DNA of 48,311 nucleotides, filler included, from Globobulimina sp. (Eukaryota), in the NCBI GenBank assembly GCA_003354225.1. It is 44 parts of 44 records of this genome, joined end to end, with 100 filler letters (N's around TTAATTAATTAA, not from the genome) between each part and the next. Parts side by side here need not be neighbours in the genome. Positions count along the whole stretch, not along the records: positions 35,212 to 36,211 come from PIVH01026206.1; positions 36,312 to 37,311 come from PIVH01026207.1; positions 37,412 to 38,411 come from PIVH01026208.1; positions 38,512 to 39,511 come from PIVH01026209.1; positions 39,612 to 40,611 come from PIVH01026210.1; positions 40,712 to 41,711 come from PIVH01026211.1; positions 41,812 to 42,811 come from PIVH01026212.1; positions 42,912 to 43,911 come from PIVH01026213.1; 36 more parts are not named here. One strand, written 5' to 3'. Below the pieces are notes generated by a model that had not been told where the DNA came from, made no database searches, and saw only the letters and a list, made by a program, of their open reading frames with translations. Position 1 is the stretch's first letter, and every line of letters begins with the position of its first letter. The position numbers were made by a program, and so were the translations under genes. Below are positions 35,293 to 48,016 of this stretch, piece after piece.

Positions 35293-36171
35293 TTAGTGGA
35301 CGTAGGAACGAAAGAGGGAGCATGTACATTCAAAGCAGCTCAATACAAATTCAGGATGTGATGCTAAATCGAATTTTGTCGCAATGCAAAAATTCTGCTC
35401 TAAGGAATCAATGTGATACAAAGACCGCTCATCAACACGTCGGAAATTCATATCTGCAGCGACATTATTTAGAGTATTAATACCTGTCAACGTATATTTA
35501 TTATTATGAGCGAAAACAATCTGATTCGGCTCATATAAACGAGTCTGATCTCCCATCGGAGCTTCAGAATCAGGGATATATCGTCGCAGGATGCCATCAA
35601 CCAAAATAACACGATACCGCGCAAGAGAGATGTTAATGCCTTTGGTTTCCACAAATAAATTGGCTCTGTCATTCCAAGAGCGGATCAAGTCATCATTATA
35701 GAGCCAACGGTAAAGGATCAAAGCGGTGTCACCTGCAGTATACTGACACATATCGGCACGTTTATGGAACCAATTGCCAGTTAAAATAATGATTTCATTA
35801 ATTCTGAACTCTTTTTGTGTGATTAGTGACAACAAATAGGCAATTCTGGCTTTATTGGCATCAGATTTGGTCAAACTGGGAGGAAGGTGTCGTACGTACA
35901 TCGTTTCATGTTTAATTCCCATGACCCGAAATCTGAAATTTTTACCTAAAGCCAAGTAACCAGGCCAGCATTCTATAGGAGATGGTCTAATATGTATGGT
36001 GCGACGCTCTGTGACTGCCCGCCAAGGATTATAAAATGGGCAAATCTCATGATAATCAGCAATATATTTTGGATCTCTATTATTCACAGCAATCATTTGT
36101 TGCGTTAACGCTATTTCACGCTCTAAGCAATAAATAGCAATAAACAAATCAACTAATTGCTCCTCAAACAT
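35293..36171 (-). CDS. Hypothetical protein
   Basis: 292-aa intronless ORF; no recognisable motif. Confidence 0.5.
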   Translation of the reverse strand: MFEEQLVDLFIAIYCLEREIALTQQMIAVNNRDPKYIADYHEICPFYNPWRAVTERRTIHIRPSPIECWPGYLALGKNFRFRVMGIKHETMYVRHLPPSLTKSDANKARIAYLLSLITQKEFRINEIIILTGNWFHKRADMCQYTAGDTALILYRWLYNDDLIRSWNDRANLFVETKGINISLARYRVILVDGILRRYIPDSEAPMGDQTRLYEPNQIVFAHNNKYTLTGINTLNNVAADMNFRRVDERSLYHIDSLEQNFCIATKFDLASHPEFVLSCFECTCSLFRSYVH

Positions 36172-36311
36172 TTTATCAGAGCAATAATACTTAAAAATAA
36201 GATATTTATCANNNNNNNNNNNNNNNNNNNNNNNNNNNNNNNNNNNNNNNNNNNNTTAATTAATTAANNNNNNNNNNNNNNNNNNNNNNNNNNNNNNNNN
36301 NNNNNNNNNNN

Positions 36312-37060
36312 TAATAAAAGATGAAGCAGTCCCTGCAAAGCGGCCAAAACTTGTCAACAAAATAAAAAAAATACTGGATTCCGGAGTGCTATTAATGGAT
36401 TTTGAGCCTTTAGATGAGAACATTGCTTATATTGAAGCTAGGATCAACACAAAAAATATTGTTGCCGATGTGCAAAGGCTTGGAGTGGTCGAAGGGAGAA
36501 AGTCTGAAATTGTGACTATGAAAACTGATGTTCAAAGACCGCAGCAAACCTCATTTATATTTGGGACTATAACCAATGGATACAAACATTGGATAGTTCA
36601 ACAAGGAAAAACTCTGAAAGTGTTGCAGAACGTGGATGGATTTGTGACGAGCTGCAATCCAAAGGGTTATAGTGCGGGAATACATACATTTCAAATCCAT
36701 GTCAATGGTAAGGTGACAGGGCAGAATGCACTGTCTGTGGTGTCGGGCACAATGCCAACAGCTCGAATGCATTGGATTTCAGAACATATCTACAAACATT
36801 ACTTTTTTAATTCTAAAAATGGTGTTATTTATACAGGTAATGATAAACAGGTAGCAAAGCTAAAGAAATGGAGGAGAAATGATGTTATTGTTATGACAAT
36901 GGACTGTAATGAGTGGACATTGACATTTGATATGGAAAATAATAGATTGTCCCGTGCACGTGCTCAGACAATCAAAATTACGAAAAATAAATACTATACA
37001 TGTTTGACAGTAGAACCTAAAAAAGGGGTTAAATTTAGCATAGTTGATTCAACGTGGTGA
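36312..37060 (+). CDS. SPRY/B30.2-like domain protein C-terminus
   Basis: GYSAGIHTFQIHV...WRRNDVIVMTMDCNEWTLTF...KYYTCL. Confidence 0.65.
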
Positions 37061-37411
37061 TGACTGCTGACTAGTACTTGCGTCAAAAACGATTTTTTTT
37101 TACTTAATTTTCGATCCTGTTGACGCTAACTCATTCTGTCAAGACCGTGACACACAGTTAAAACAAATTCGCGTTTTATTAATCTGCATTCCTTTATTAA
37201 TATATTAAGAAGGAATTGTTGCACCAAATTAAAGTATGCCGGAATATTATTGTAGCTCTTGCCTTATGAAAATTAATTCTTCGAATTCTACTCGTAAAAT
37301 CATGTATGCATNNNNNNNNNNNNNNNNNNNNNNNNNNNNNNNNNNNNNNNNNNNNTTAATTAATTAANNNNNNNNNNNNNNNNNNNNNNNNNNNNNNNNN
37401 NNNNNNNNNNN

Positions 37412-38411
37412 AACGTCCAATGTATTTCCATACCTTTAGCACCATCGTAACCGCCCGGACCGGCGGCTTGTGACAATTCAATTTGTACATTTAAACTATG
37501 TCGTTTTTTTCTTAAATATAATATAATAGCCAATAAACAGCAAATAAAGCAAAATGCAAATGTACTGACAGCAAATACAAAAACTATTGTTTTATCCGAT
37601 TTGTTTGTGGTTGATGTGTTTGTTGTAATTACAGTTACTTTAATAGCACCATCTTGATCATTAAAGCCATCCTGAATCTCTCTCTCGATCTCTCTTTGAT
37701 TAATATAATCTCCATCCAATGTAACTACTATAATAACTACAAGTGAATCATCATCGACATCTTTCACAATTATATCAACATCCAAATGGTTTAAATCCCC
37801 ATCAGCAATTAATACATTTTCAATTGTATCCTTGATATATTTCTCGATTTTTGTAATATTATTGGTGGTGTTTGTTAACGTCACTATTATTGTTATATTA
37901 ACGGTCTTCGTATCCTGTGTTGGATTTAAACCGGCATCAGCTGTTGGAATAAATGTTGGATCTGCACTAGGATCACTTGTTGGATCGGCTGTGGGAAATA
38001 AACTAGGATTAGACGTTGGGTCTAAACTAGAATTTAAACTATGATTAGATGTTGGACCTGCACTGGGATCATTTGTTGGAATAAATGTTGGATCTAAACT
38101 AGGATCAGCTGTTGGAATCAAACTAGGATTAAATGTCGGGATAAATGTCGGATCTGTACTGGGATCACTTGTTGGATCATTTGACGGATAATTGGTTGGA
38201 ATTTGTGTGGGAACAGCAGTCGGTGATTGCGTTGGAGGATTGGTAGTAGATATGGTTGGAGCTACAGTGATAGCGTTGGAAGGTGCTTCTGTGCCAACAG
38301 TTGGAAACGTTGTCTGTATAAAACTATCTCCCAACTCAACTGCTAATAAAAAATCACCCATTTCATCCGCTCCATCTCCTCTGTTATAGCTATCGCCATA
38401 TCCAAATTGCC
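37412..38411 (-). CDS. Type I membrane protein with PT/PS mucin-like repeats, partial
   Basis: Repeated PTxDPSxDPT units, TM IVFVFAVSTFAFCFICCLLAIILYL, then RKKR. Confidence 0.8.
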
Positions 38412-38511
38412 NNNNNNNNNNNNNNNNNNNNNNNNNNNNNNNNNNNNNNNNNNNNTTAATTAATTAANNNNNNNNNNNNNNNNNNNNNNNNNNNNNNNNN
38501 NNNNNNNNNNN

Positions 38512-39428
38512 GCCAGAAAGGAGATGCCTCATTGGCTCAACGAGTGAAAGCGCCGTGGAATGATATTGGACCACCATATGCCGCATTAACCAGTGCACCA
38601 AAACAGTCGCAAGTGAGTGAACCAGTTAATTTCGATGCATCTCAATCGCATGACGCTGAAGAAAAACCGTGCGTGTCATTTGTATGGGATTTTGCCGATG
38701 GAACACCCGTTGTTAAAACTGATAAACCCAAAATTAATCATGCTTTTGACAAACCAGGTAATTGCAATCAATCTGTTTCGGACTAACATTGATATTTTTT
38801 TGACCCATGGTTTGAAACTGGATACATAGGCTCATATCCAGTGAAATGCACAGTCGTTGATAAATTTGGCCAGAAAGGAGATGCCTCATTGGCTCAACGA
38901 GTGAAAGCGCCATGGAATGATATTGGACCACCATATGCCGCATTAACCAGTGCACCGAAACAGTCGCAAGTGAGTGAACCAGTTAATTTCGATGCATCTC
39001 AGTCCCATGACGCCGAAGAAAAACCGTGCGTATCATTTGTATGGGATTTTGGTGATGGTTCACCCACACAAAAAACCAATAAGCCACGAACATCACATAC
39101 GTATAATAAAACTGGTACATATCCGGTGACTGTCACTGCTGCAGATAAACGGGGCAAATCTGCAAAAGCCTCTGTAAATCAACCGTTTAGTAATATTTTA
39201 TACATCCAAATCCGTTTTGAAACTGATTTTTGAAGAATAGTATAAATTTGAATTCAGTTTCAAACTGAAAATTGATTGAAAGCAGTCTGAAACTCATATT
39301 TTTCAGTTTGAAAGTAATATTTTCCAGTTTGAAACTGAAATATATGTTTATATTTTAACAGAGTATCGGATGAAATGAGTGAGGATTCGGGGTTAAAAGG
39401 CAAGATTTATAAATCGCAGCAACATTAG
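38512..39428 (+). CDS. PKD-domain repeat protein, partial, two introns (38758-38829; probably 39185-39361)
   Basis: Two near-identical units VNFDASQSHD...FVWDF(A/G)DG...H.(F/Y)..G.YPV..T..D. Confidence 0.85.
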
Positions 39429-39611
39429 GGTGGCGATTGTAATGACTTTTATTTTCATAATCAGGGTCGTTGGCCCCTATAAAACTTTCGAGGTTACGAA
39501 GCTCCACGATCNNNNNNNNNNNNNNNNNNNNNNNNNNNNNNNNNNNNNNNNNNNNTTAATTAATTAANNNNNNNNNNNNNNNNNNNNNNNNNNNNNNNNN
39601 NNNNNNNNNNN

Positions 39612-40097
39612 ATTGGTTTTAATATATTAACAGTATAATCAATATGTGGTGCAAATTTCGATGCATTTGTGCCGCCAATTATTTTTAAATAGTTTGTTGT
39701 AGCGCTAGCTGAAAATAACAGAATAGGCAAAGATATTTGTATTATCAATGCAATCGACGCTTTGCTGTTTGTATCAACAAAATAATGCAATTCCTTATTA
39801 TAAAATTGCAAATCTTGCTGCATTTTGGCACTGCCCACATCATATTTTACTTCCGTCGATGTGGTCCTATTTCCAGCCAAGTATTGGTTATTGTAACAAT
39901 GTGAACATATTTGATGAACCAATGATATTCCACAGGAATGCTGATCTCGTAATCCTGACACTTTTCTTCCTGCTCTAATGTTAAAAATATGAATTGGTTT
40001 CTCTAATATTGCAGAGTATGCCATCGAATTTCTAATAATTTGGCCGCCTCCTTCACCGTAAGACCCATCGATTTTGAGGAATTCTTTATATTTGAAT
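39612..40097 (-). CDS. RTCA: RNA 3'-terminal phosphate cyclase, N-terminal part
   Basis: LKIDGSYGEGGGQIIRNS...NIRAGR..SGLRDQH...LIIQISLPILLF...IGGTN...APHIDY. Confidence 0.92.
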
Positions 40098-40713
40098 CTA
40101 TGTTATGTTATGTGAGTAATGTGACAGAAATCACAGAATAAATAAGTCACAAAATAAATATATATAACCAAACTTTTCAAAATTAGGGATCAAGGATCTA
40201 TGGATTGGGACGTTGACTAATAATATTATGCAGAAATCAACTAACAACTGATAATGGACGTTTTCATAAATAAGTGACAATGCGTACAGTCCATATATCA
40301 GCAATACTATCCTGAATACTATGGAAAGATGTACTTTTGCAATATTTATGTAAACACTGCGAATTTTTATAAAAATAATCACCAATTGAATGGTTGCTGA
40401 TGCAGCACCAATGATTGTGATGAAATTTGTCACCAACCTTAAAATGATCAACACTGATAATAATGCGGATATGTGCTATCCACTATGACCATACTGCTTT
40501 AACTTTCTGTTTTGCTGCTTCTGCATCTTTGTGTGAAAGGAACAAAACGTTTTGCGGAGGTGGGTTTAATTAGGATGAATTTAACGTACTAATTCATACT
40601 AATTTCATTAANNNNNNNNNNNNNNNNNNNNNNNNNNNNNNNNNNNNNNNNNNNNTTAATTAATTAANNNNNNNNNNNNNNNNNNNNNNNNNNNNNNNNN
40701 NNNNNNNNNNNGT

Positions 40714-41118
40714 GCGGACATTCGGGTTTTAATGGAATATGATATGGATGGAAATGCAATTTATATTCAACAAATAAAACAAACACAACAAATACAATTG
40801 GCATCAATGCAAAAACAAATACATGAGATTAATAATAAAATAGCAAAGTTAACAGATATTATACAGAATGTTGTAAGTTTAAATAATGTAAAAGAGAATG
40901 ATGAACATAGTGCCATAAAAACAGAGCAACAACAAAAACTATATGAGTGGTTAGATAAAATTGTGAATTTGCGTCAATATTATTCTACATTTATAAATAA
41001 TGGATTTGATGATTTGGAATCATTAATTGATATTACATTGGATCAATTGCAACAAATTGGAATATCTAAACTCGGGCACCGACTCAAATTATATAAATTT
41101 GCCACACAAATTAGTTGA
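40714..41118 (+). CDS. Coiled-coil + SAM domain protein C-terminus
   Basis: LYEWLDKIVNLRQYYSTFINNGFDDLESL...LQQIGISKLGHRLKL. Confidence 0.85.
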   Translation, partial: ADIRVLMEYDMDGNAIYIQQIKQTQQIQLASMQKQIHEINNKIAKLTDIIQNVVSLNNVKENDEHSAIKTEQQQKLYEWLDKIVNLRQYYSTFINNGFDDLESLIDITLDQLQQIGISKLGHRLKLYKFATQIS

Positions 41119-41816
41119 ACATTTCATTAATAATTTATAATTGTACAGTTTGTGGTTTTTTGTTTCCAGAAAGAGCATCGATCCAGTTTTCAGGGTCAGA
41201 TTTTTATTTTTCAGCGTCAGATTTTTATTTTTCTGGTGACTAACAAAAAAATATTGTTTAAACCATGTTTCCATCCACGTTTTTCTGGCTTTCTGTATTG
41301 AACATTTCGTTTGTTGTCTCGTATTTGAATGATATTGAAATTAATGCGATGAATATACTGATAAAGAATGGAATGGGCCATATTGGAGTGGATGTCAATG
41401 GAATATGACTCAAATCAATGATAGAAATCATACAAATTATATTAATGATCAATGTGGCGTATATTTTAATAATTATACCAGAGCCAATCATCAGTATGTT
41501 GACAGGATCTAACAGGAACCATTCCATCCATCATTTCCAATTTAACCAATTTATCTGTCTTTCTCCCATATCTATATAAGAAAGAAAATGATCTGTTCTC
41601 TGTTCAGTATAGTAGAGTATACAACGTGATTTTTCATATACAAAACGTTTTTAGATTTAATTTAATTTGTAACAAATCAATTATTATTATATACAAACAT
41701 AACAAATCAAANNNNNNNNNNNNNNNNNNNNNNNNNNNNNNNNNNNNNNNNNNNNTTAATTAATTAANNNNNNNNNNNNNNNNNNNNNNNNNNNNNNNNN
41801 NNNNNNNNNNNTTGCA

Positions 41817-42811
41817 TTAGTTGGTGATCCCATATCCACTATTATCATTTGGACACAAAGACGATTCAGGGACATCACCAATTGCTGTTATTTGACACTC
41901 AGTATTATCATTATTACGAATCGGTACATGTATTGTGCCCATATTTGAATTTAAAAGCAATTGATCATTCACATTGTCTTTCTCCTCCTTATATTCGCTT
42001 TTCTTCTTCTTCTTTCTTCGCGGTGGTGGTCTTGGAGTGCGACGAGGAAAAATAATATCAATTCCACCAATAGTCACTTTCCCATTTGTATCAATCACCA
42101 TTCCGTCATCTTCAAAAACCAAAGTTTGTTTTGCAATTTCTTGATGTTTTTCTTCTTTGATCTCACACATTTCGATCATATCTCCTTTCTCATTCTCCCT
42201 TTCTTTTGTTGTCTTTGTGTATGTATTGTTCCGTGCTTTGCTCCTTTTTCGTATACAAAGTGCAATGACACATATCAAGCATAGCAATAACACTCCCGAT
42301 GCAGCAATAATTATATATACGTACATGGGCGAAAGCAGCAAATCAGAAATACTCAAAATATTATAATCATTATTAATGTTTGTATTTTCAGTCAATAATT
42401 GAGTGGTTGTACCATCATCAATTCTACCTTCTCCATCATCAGTTGTGAGACTTGTGACAGGATAAGGAATTGCAGCAAGTGTTGGCATGGATATGGATGG
42501 TGATTGTGTTGGTACATTTGTTGGATATAATGTTAAATTATTATCATATGGTATAATAAGCAGATGCAATATAGTCACATGAGATGGAGCATACATTGGA
42601 TCACTTATTATTATATCAACTGATTGATTCATGATAGCTGGATTGGTTCCATTCCCTCTATGGTCTGCATATAAAGTTTCATTTGTAACATCCGAATAAT
42701 GCGCAGTTATATTTATATTGATATCATTTTCATTGTACTCCATTGTGATTGAATAAGTAATGTTTGTTTCTAAAGTAAATGGTGATATATAACCATTATT
42801 TGCGTCACATG
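41817..42811 (-). CDS. Type I membrane protein C-terminal part
   Basis: PTNVPTQSP stalk, TM VYIIIAASGVLLLCLICVIALCI, RKR stop-transfer. Confidence 0.75.
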
Positions 42812-43417
42812 NNNNNNNNNNNNNNNNNNNNNNNNNNNNNNNNNNNNNNNNNNNNTTAATTAATTAANNNNNNNNNNNNNNNNNNNNNNNNNNNNNNNNN
42901 NNNNNNNNNNNTATCGATTTTTTATGTGTAGGTTTATTTTGCAATTGGGTTATAATCCATATGGAGAGACTGTAGAGGCAATATAGTGAGGACTATTTAT
43001 TAATCCACGCTGCTGGCAAGCAATCCTCTTAGACATAAGTAGACTTTAAATGTAACGGTCTCAAAAAAAACTTAGTTGGCCATAGTCTAATATAGTAACA
43101 ATTATACTATAAAATCAGTAACAAGACATGGATCAGGATGGAGAGAGCTTGCTGATGAGTTTGATAGAGACAGTTTTCTTGGAATATATGATTCTGTCGA
43201 TTTGATAGAATTGTCATTGGATCATAGCTACTCACAGAATGAATGCGGTAATAATTACATTATATCATATGGATTGAATCAAGTTACAAATGGCGATAAG
43301 GAATATAATGAATATAATGAATATAATGTCACATTCGAAATTTTTAGAGGAGCATACCAATATTACATTGATGAAAGAGAAGAAAGGCTGTAATTTGAAT
43401 GTTTTTGTTGTGTTTGT

Positions 43418-43526
43418 CACTGCAGACTATTGAGCTAATTTTCATATTGTGGTGTCAGATCGGACTTCAACTTTTGGAGTTAATCGCTCACCACAATAAA
43501 TTAGCTCAATAGTTGTGACTGCAGTG
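43418..43526. repeat. Imperfect ~37-bp inverted repeat (MITE-like)
   Basis: cactgcag-actattgagctaattt..tattgtggtg versus caccacaata-aattagctcaatagt..ctgcagtg. Confidence 0.75.
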
Positions 43527-44011
43527 CGTTGTGTTGATCGGAGTTCGAATTTGCAGTACGTTGATGGTTCACCACAATGAAATTACGGTGGTATGCAGTG
43601 CGCTTTGGGATATATTCTCATATCTGATCCAAGAAAAACATGCAATCTGCTCAAAAAGGTGCCAATTCGAAATTAATATAGTAGTATTTATAGAAGTAGG
43701 GTTCAGACACAAATTATGGGAATAATGTAATCGGATTAAATAGGCCAAAGAAAGGAATAATTGTTGATTGATACAATGCGACATCATCGATAATAATCTA
43801 CCATTTCCAGACACCTTCCGTATTTAGTTTACTTAACTAAAAAACAGCTTACTAAATACCATGGCAGATTTAGATAATGCTTTAAGAGTATCCCATTTAA
43901 CATTAGCACCANNNNNNNNNNNNNNNNNNNNNNNNNNNNNNNNNNNNNNNNNNNNTTAATTAATTAANNNNNNNNNNNNNNNNNNNNNNNNNNNNNNNNN
44001 NNNNNNNNNNN

Positions 44012-44689
44012 TGTGGCTGTGGCTGTGGTGGTGCTTATATTTATATGTCCGATGTGATTGATGTTGATATTATTATTATTGTCAGGCGTGGAGACACCAT
44101 ATTTTTTATGAACTAATATCAGTTTCTGTTTCCATTTTTTTTCAATATAAATTTTTTCTTGACTCAATTGATTGATTTTTTCCTCGTATTTTCTTTTTAA
44201 AGTTTGAATTTGTGTTTGATGCTGCGACTGTAAACAATTTATTTTTAACTCTAAATGAGAGACTTTAAATTGTTGATTATGTTTATTTACATCTTTACGT
44301 TTTATTTTCGCTTCTTTGCAGCCATATTTTTTCCAGACGCAATCTACAAATTGGTCGGGACATTCTGTTAATTGATGGGATGACAATTTACATAAATCTC
44401 CAATCCATACATCACATAAATTACATTTGGACTGCAATTGAGAAATTTCGCGATTTAAAAAGCGAGAACCATGCACATTGTCCCAGGTCACAATAGCACG
44501 GCAATGAGGGCATTGTGCTTTGTCATTGCCACTTGTTGCTGTTATACGGATTAATTTACCCACACATTCCCTACAAAATATATGCCCGCAATCTGTCTCA
44601 AATACATCTTTTGCTACCCCTTGGCATACGGCACAGAGAAATTTCTCGGCGGCACTTCGTGTTTCAAACACAAAAATGTCGTAACCCAT
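44012..44689 (-). CDS. RING finger + TRAF-type zinc finger protein, partial
   Basis: CAVC...CGHIFCREC...CPHC RING; HQLTECP...CVWKKYGC...H...H. Confidence 0.88.
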
Positions 44690-45112
44690 TGTCGTATATG
44701 AAGTGTGTAATTTAAGTTAAGTTTTTATTCGAAAACAAAAACTTAGTACGGAGTAAAAATGCGACATTGCGGCGCCACATATGTCTTCTTCAATTTGCAT
44801 GTGGCACCACAGTACAAAAGTATACAAGTAATGAAATAGTAATATACAAAAGAATTATATAATAATATAATAAAAGTTAAGTTAATTTAATTTGCCGTCT
44901 AAATCCGCCACTTCCATTAACCTCGCAACCACAGCCAACCAATATGCAATCTCACCGGTTTGGTCAATTCCTTGTGCCTCGCCACACACAGTAGGTTTGC
45001 CCGTTTTATCCNNNNNNNNNNNNNNNNNNNNNNNNNNNNNNNNNNNNNNNNNNNNTTAATTAATTAANNNNNNNNNNNNNNNNNNNNNNNNNNNNNNNNN
45101 NNNNNNNNNNNA

Positions 45113-45946
45113 TCTGATAATATTCAATTTGCTAAAACTAAGCGATTTATTTATTTAGGATGTAATTCACCAAATTTATTACAAGAATTATATTTACGCC
45201 GACTTGGAGATTCTGCATCTATTAATTTCCGCTTATTTCCATCCATAAAACATTTGAGCGTAAGGCCTATTATTTTACGCTTATTACCACCAAGTACAGG
45301 TTTATCAGTGATGAATGAATTGGAATCATTTGAGTTCTATGGCAATAGGTCCAGTGGCTATGACGAAATGAAGCTTGATAGTGCTGCATTAACGTATATT
45401 AATACTCAGAGTGTTACAAAATTGACATGCTGTCATAATGATAATTTAATTAATATATTACCAAGGTTTCCAAATGTACAATATTTACATTTAAGTGATG
45501 ATGTGCCCTCTGTTGTGAATTCAATAAAAGCTTTTTATCCAAATTTAAAAGGATTGGCAGTGAATGGAGGTTATTTCCCCGCAATGAATAGAGATTTAAT
45601 TAATGCTTTTGGAAATAATTTAGATTTTTTATTGTTTAATGGCGGTAGATATAATGAATCTGACTTTGATTATAATTTTAAAAATATAAATTTCGGAAAA
45701 TTGGAAGAATTGAGAACAATGCGAGTAAGTAGTAACTCAATAGATAATATATTACAAACAGCAAAAAATTTGAAGAAAATTTCTATTTCTCCAGCAATGA
45801 CAAAAGAAACAATCTCAAAATTGATAAAATCCTGCAAATCATTGGAATATATTGAATTGTTTGATGATGGCGATGGTTTGTTGGAAGAAGGTTTAATTTT
45901 GGGTTACTTTGAAATTTCATTAAATAGACACTCAATTTTATATTAG
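45113..45946 (+). CDS. Leucine-rich-repeat (RNI/F-box-like) protein, partial
   Basis: FPSIKHLSV, FPNVQYLHL, YPNLKGLAV, FGKLEELR, CKSLEYIEL. Confidence 0.7.
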   Translation, partial: SDNIQFAKTKRFIYLGCNSPNLLQELYLRRLGDSASINFRLFPSIKHLSVRPIILRLLPPSTGLSVMNELESFEFYGNRSSGYDEMKLDSAALTYINTQSVTKLTCCHNDNLINILPRFPNVQYLHLSDDVPSVVNSIKAFYPNLKGLAVNGGYFPAMNRDLINAFGNNLDFLLFNGGRYNESDFDYNFKNINFGKLEELRTMRVSSNSIDNILQTAKNLKKISISPAMTKETISKLIKSCKSLEYIELFDDGDGLLEEGLILGYFEISLNRHSILY

Positions 45947-46211
45947 AGTTAGTGCATTTAATTAAGTGAAAAGAAAGTAAAATCGATAATTAAGTTGATT
46001 TTATCCGTCTACAATCAATATTTAACAGACTAAACGAATAAATACTGAATTATATCAACGTATTTATATGTAAAAGGACATAATAAACAATTACTTACAT
46101 ATTTTGTAGCANNNNNNNNNNNNNNNNNNNNNNNNNNNNNNNNNNNNNNNNNNNNTTAATTAATTAANNNNNNNNNNNNNNNNNNNNNNNNNNNNNNNNN
46201 NNNNNNNNNNN

Positions 46212-46920
46212 TTAGAATCACAACAGCTGCGCATAAAATAAGCATCCCCAACAAAGTTTCTTTTCGCACGACAGACAGTAATTTTTCTTGAGATTTGGAT
46301 AATGTAAATGTTTCATCCACGCTGTAAATCGTTTGTTGCTGCAATTGGCATAATGTGAATAACCGACGATTGAATGCAAACAATAAGTGCAAAAACGGCA
46401 ACACCACAAACGATACAATAACCACAAACAATATATTTCCGATTAATGCATCAATTGTATCAAAAACTACTACAATTATCATTGTAGCAGCTGCTACAAT
46501 CACAAATATTATAAACGCAATGTGAGTATAAATTACATATGATTTAATGGAATAAGCACTGCCAGCAAAGGATACGTACAATTTGGAAAGCATATAGCAG
46601 TGAAATGAAACATAAGTGATTGCCATCAATACATATTGCACTAATTTAAAAGCTAAGGTAGTCGCATCCAGTCTGTAATCCACAGAATTTGTACACAAAT
46701 CTACAGTGCCTCGAATTAATATCAAAATCGTAAACAAACCAATTGAGAAAAATATAGACACCGTAGAACCACGAAGTACTATGTGTCCGGTACCCAATGA
46801 ATTCAGATTTTGTTTCTGAAGAAATTTATGTGTCAATGAGAGACCGAATATTATTTCAAATACAATTAACAACAAACAACACATAATGAACCCAATGATT
46901 GATATAATTGAAGCAATCAT
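46212..46920 (-). CDS. Multi-pass membrane protein (7TM/GPCR-like), partial
   Basis: At least six hydrophobic helices in the ORF; open to contig end. Confidence 0.65.
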
Positions 46921-47067
46921 GAGTCACTGAGATGATTTATCTGGTTGCATGATACCTTTCAATTATTAAAGATTTTCATGTTGCTAGTTTACTTGCACTT
47001 CAAGAAAATCTTAATATCAGGGTTAAAATGTGGCAATATTAATGGTAAGGGAATGTTCTAGTATTAC

Positions 47068-47211
47068 GTAATTAGAATTGATACCTAGGACCTAGGTGTC
47101 ATCAATTACAATTTATTACAATTGAGATCGGAGTGACCAGCTTGCAAAAACAAGTTATTACAATTTATTACAATTAACGACACCTAGGTCCTAGGTATCA
47201 ATTCCAATTAC
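47068..47211. mobile_element. MITE-like element with 33-bp inverted repeats
   Basis: gtaattagaattgatacctaggacctaggtgtc (47068-47100) versus gacacctaggtcctaggtatcaattccaattac (47179-47211), 1 mismatch; internal direct repeat ttacaatttattacaatt x2. Confidence 0.75.
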
Positions 47212-48016
47212 NNNNNNNNNNNNNNNNNNNNNNNNNNNNNNNNNNNNNNNNNNNNTTAATTAATTAANNNNNNNNNNNNNNNNNNNNNNNNNNNNNNNNN
47301 NNNNNNNNNNNATCTCATGGGCCGACCGTTTTAAAGGGTACCATTATGGTATCAACATATCTCATGGGCCGAGTATTTGAGAGGGTACGTGCCATATACG
47401 GTACCTCATATGCAGGGTTCTATTTTATATGAACACCTTTTTTTGTCGAAACATGCTGCGGACATGGCGTTTTTTGCATTCGATTGATGTCGATTGATGT
47501 GCATTCGTCTTTCTAAAAAAACAACAAAAAGTTATCATTAAAAAACCTCCAGTCCGCGTTTTTAATAGACAGACAAGTAAACATAGTGTAATCCATTTTT
47601 ATTTTAGAAATTAACCATTTTCAAGATATGTGTAGGTACATCAGGTACGATCAGGTTTTTTACTCTTGATCCCGTTTTATGACCCTCATCACTGCAATAC
47701 AACACTTGGACCCTAAATTTGAGATTGAATTGATGCGAGATATATTATTTACCAAACCTTTACAACACCATAAACAATTTTTGTGCACCATTGTTCATAA
47801 TTTCAAGTTTTTCGACATAGGATACATAAAATCAAATTCAATGCGGTGGTCTGACTGAAAACTTAATCGCACTCACTTAATTTCATCAAAATCGTTGTAT
47901 GCCCTTGGGGGTAACAAACCCCCCAAAGTGGGCCCCAGGATGTTTTATCGACAATTGTGAAAAATTCAAAAAATGGACAAATTGATAATTTGGTTCCCAT
48001 GACCAAAAAAACTGGT

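Noticed and set aside
40568-40604. 14-bp inverted repeat aattaggatgaatt/aattcatactaatt
   Set aside because: AT-rich, at a contig end and too short to assign a function
1002-47311. Regularly spaced TTAATTAATTAA as a biological repeat or array
   Set aside because: Always embedded in N44 padding at a fixed period; it is a synthetic six-frame-stop linker
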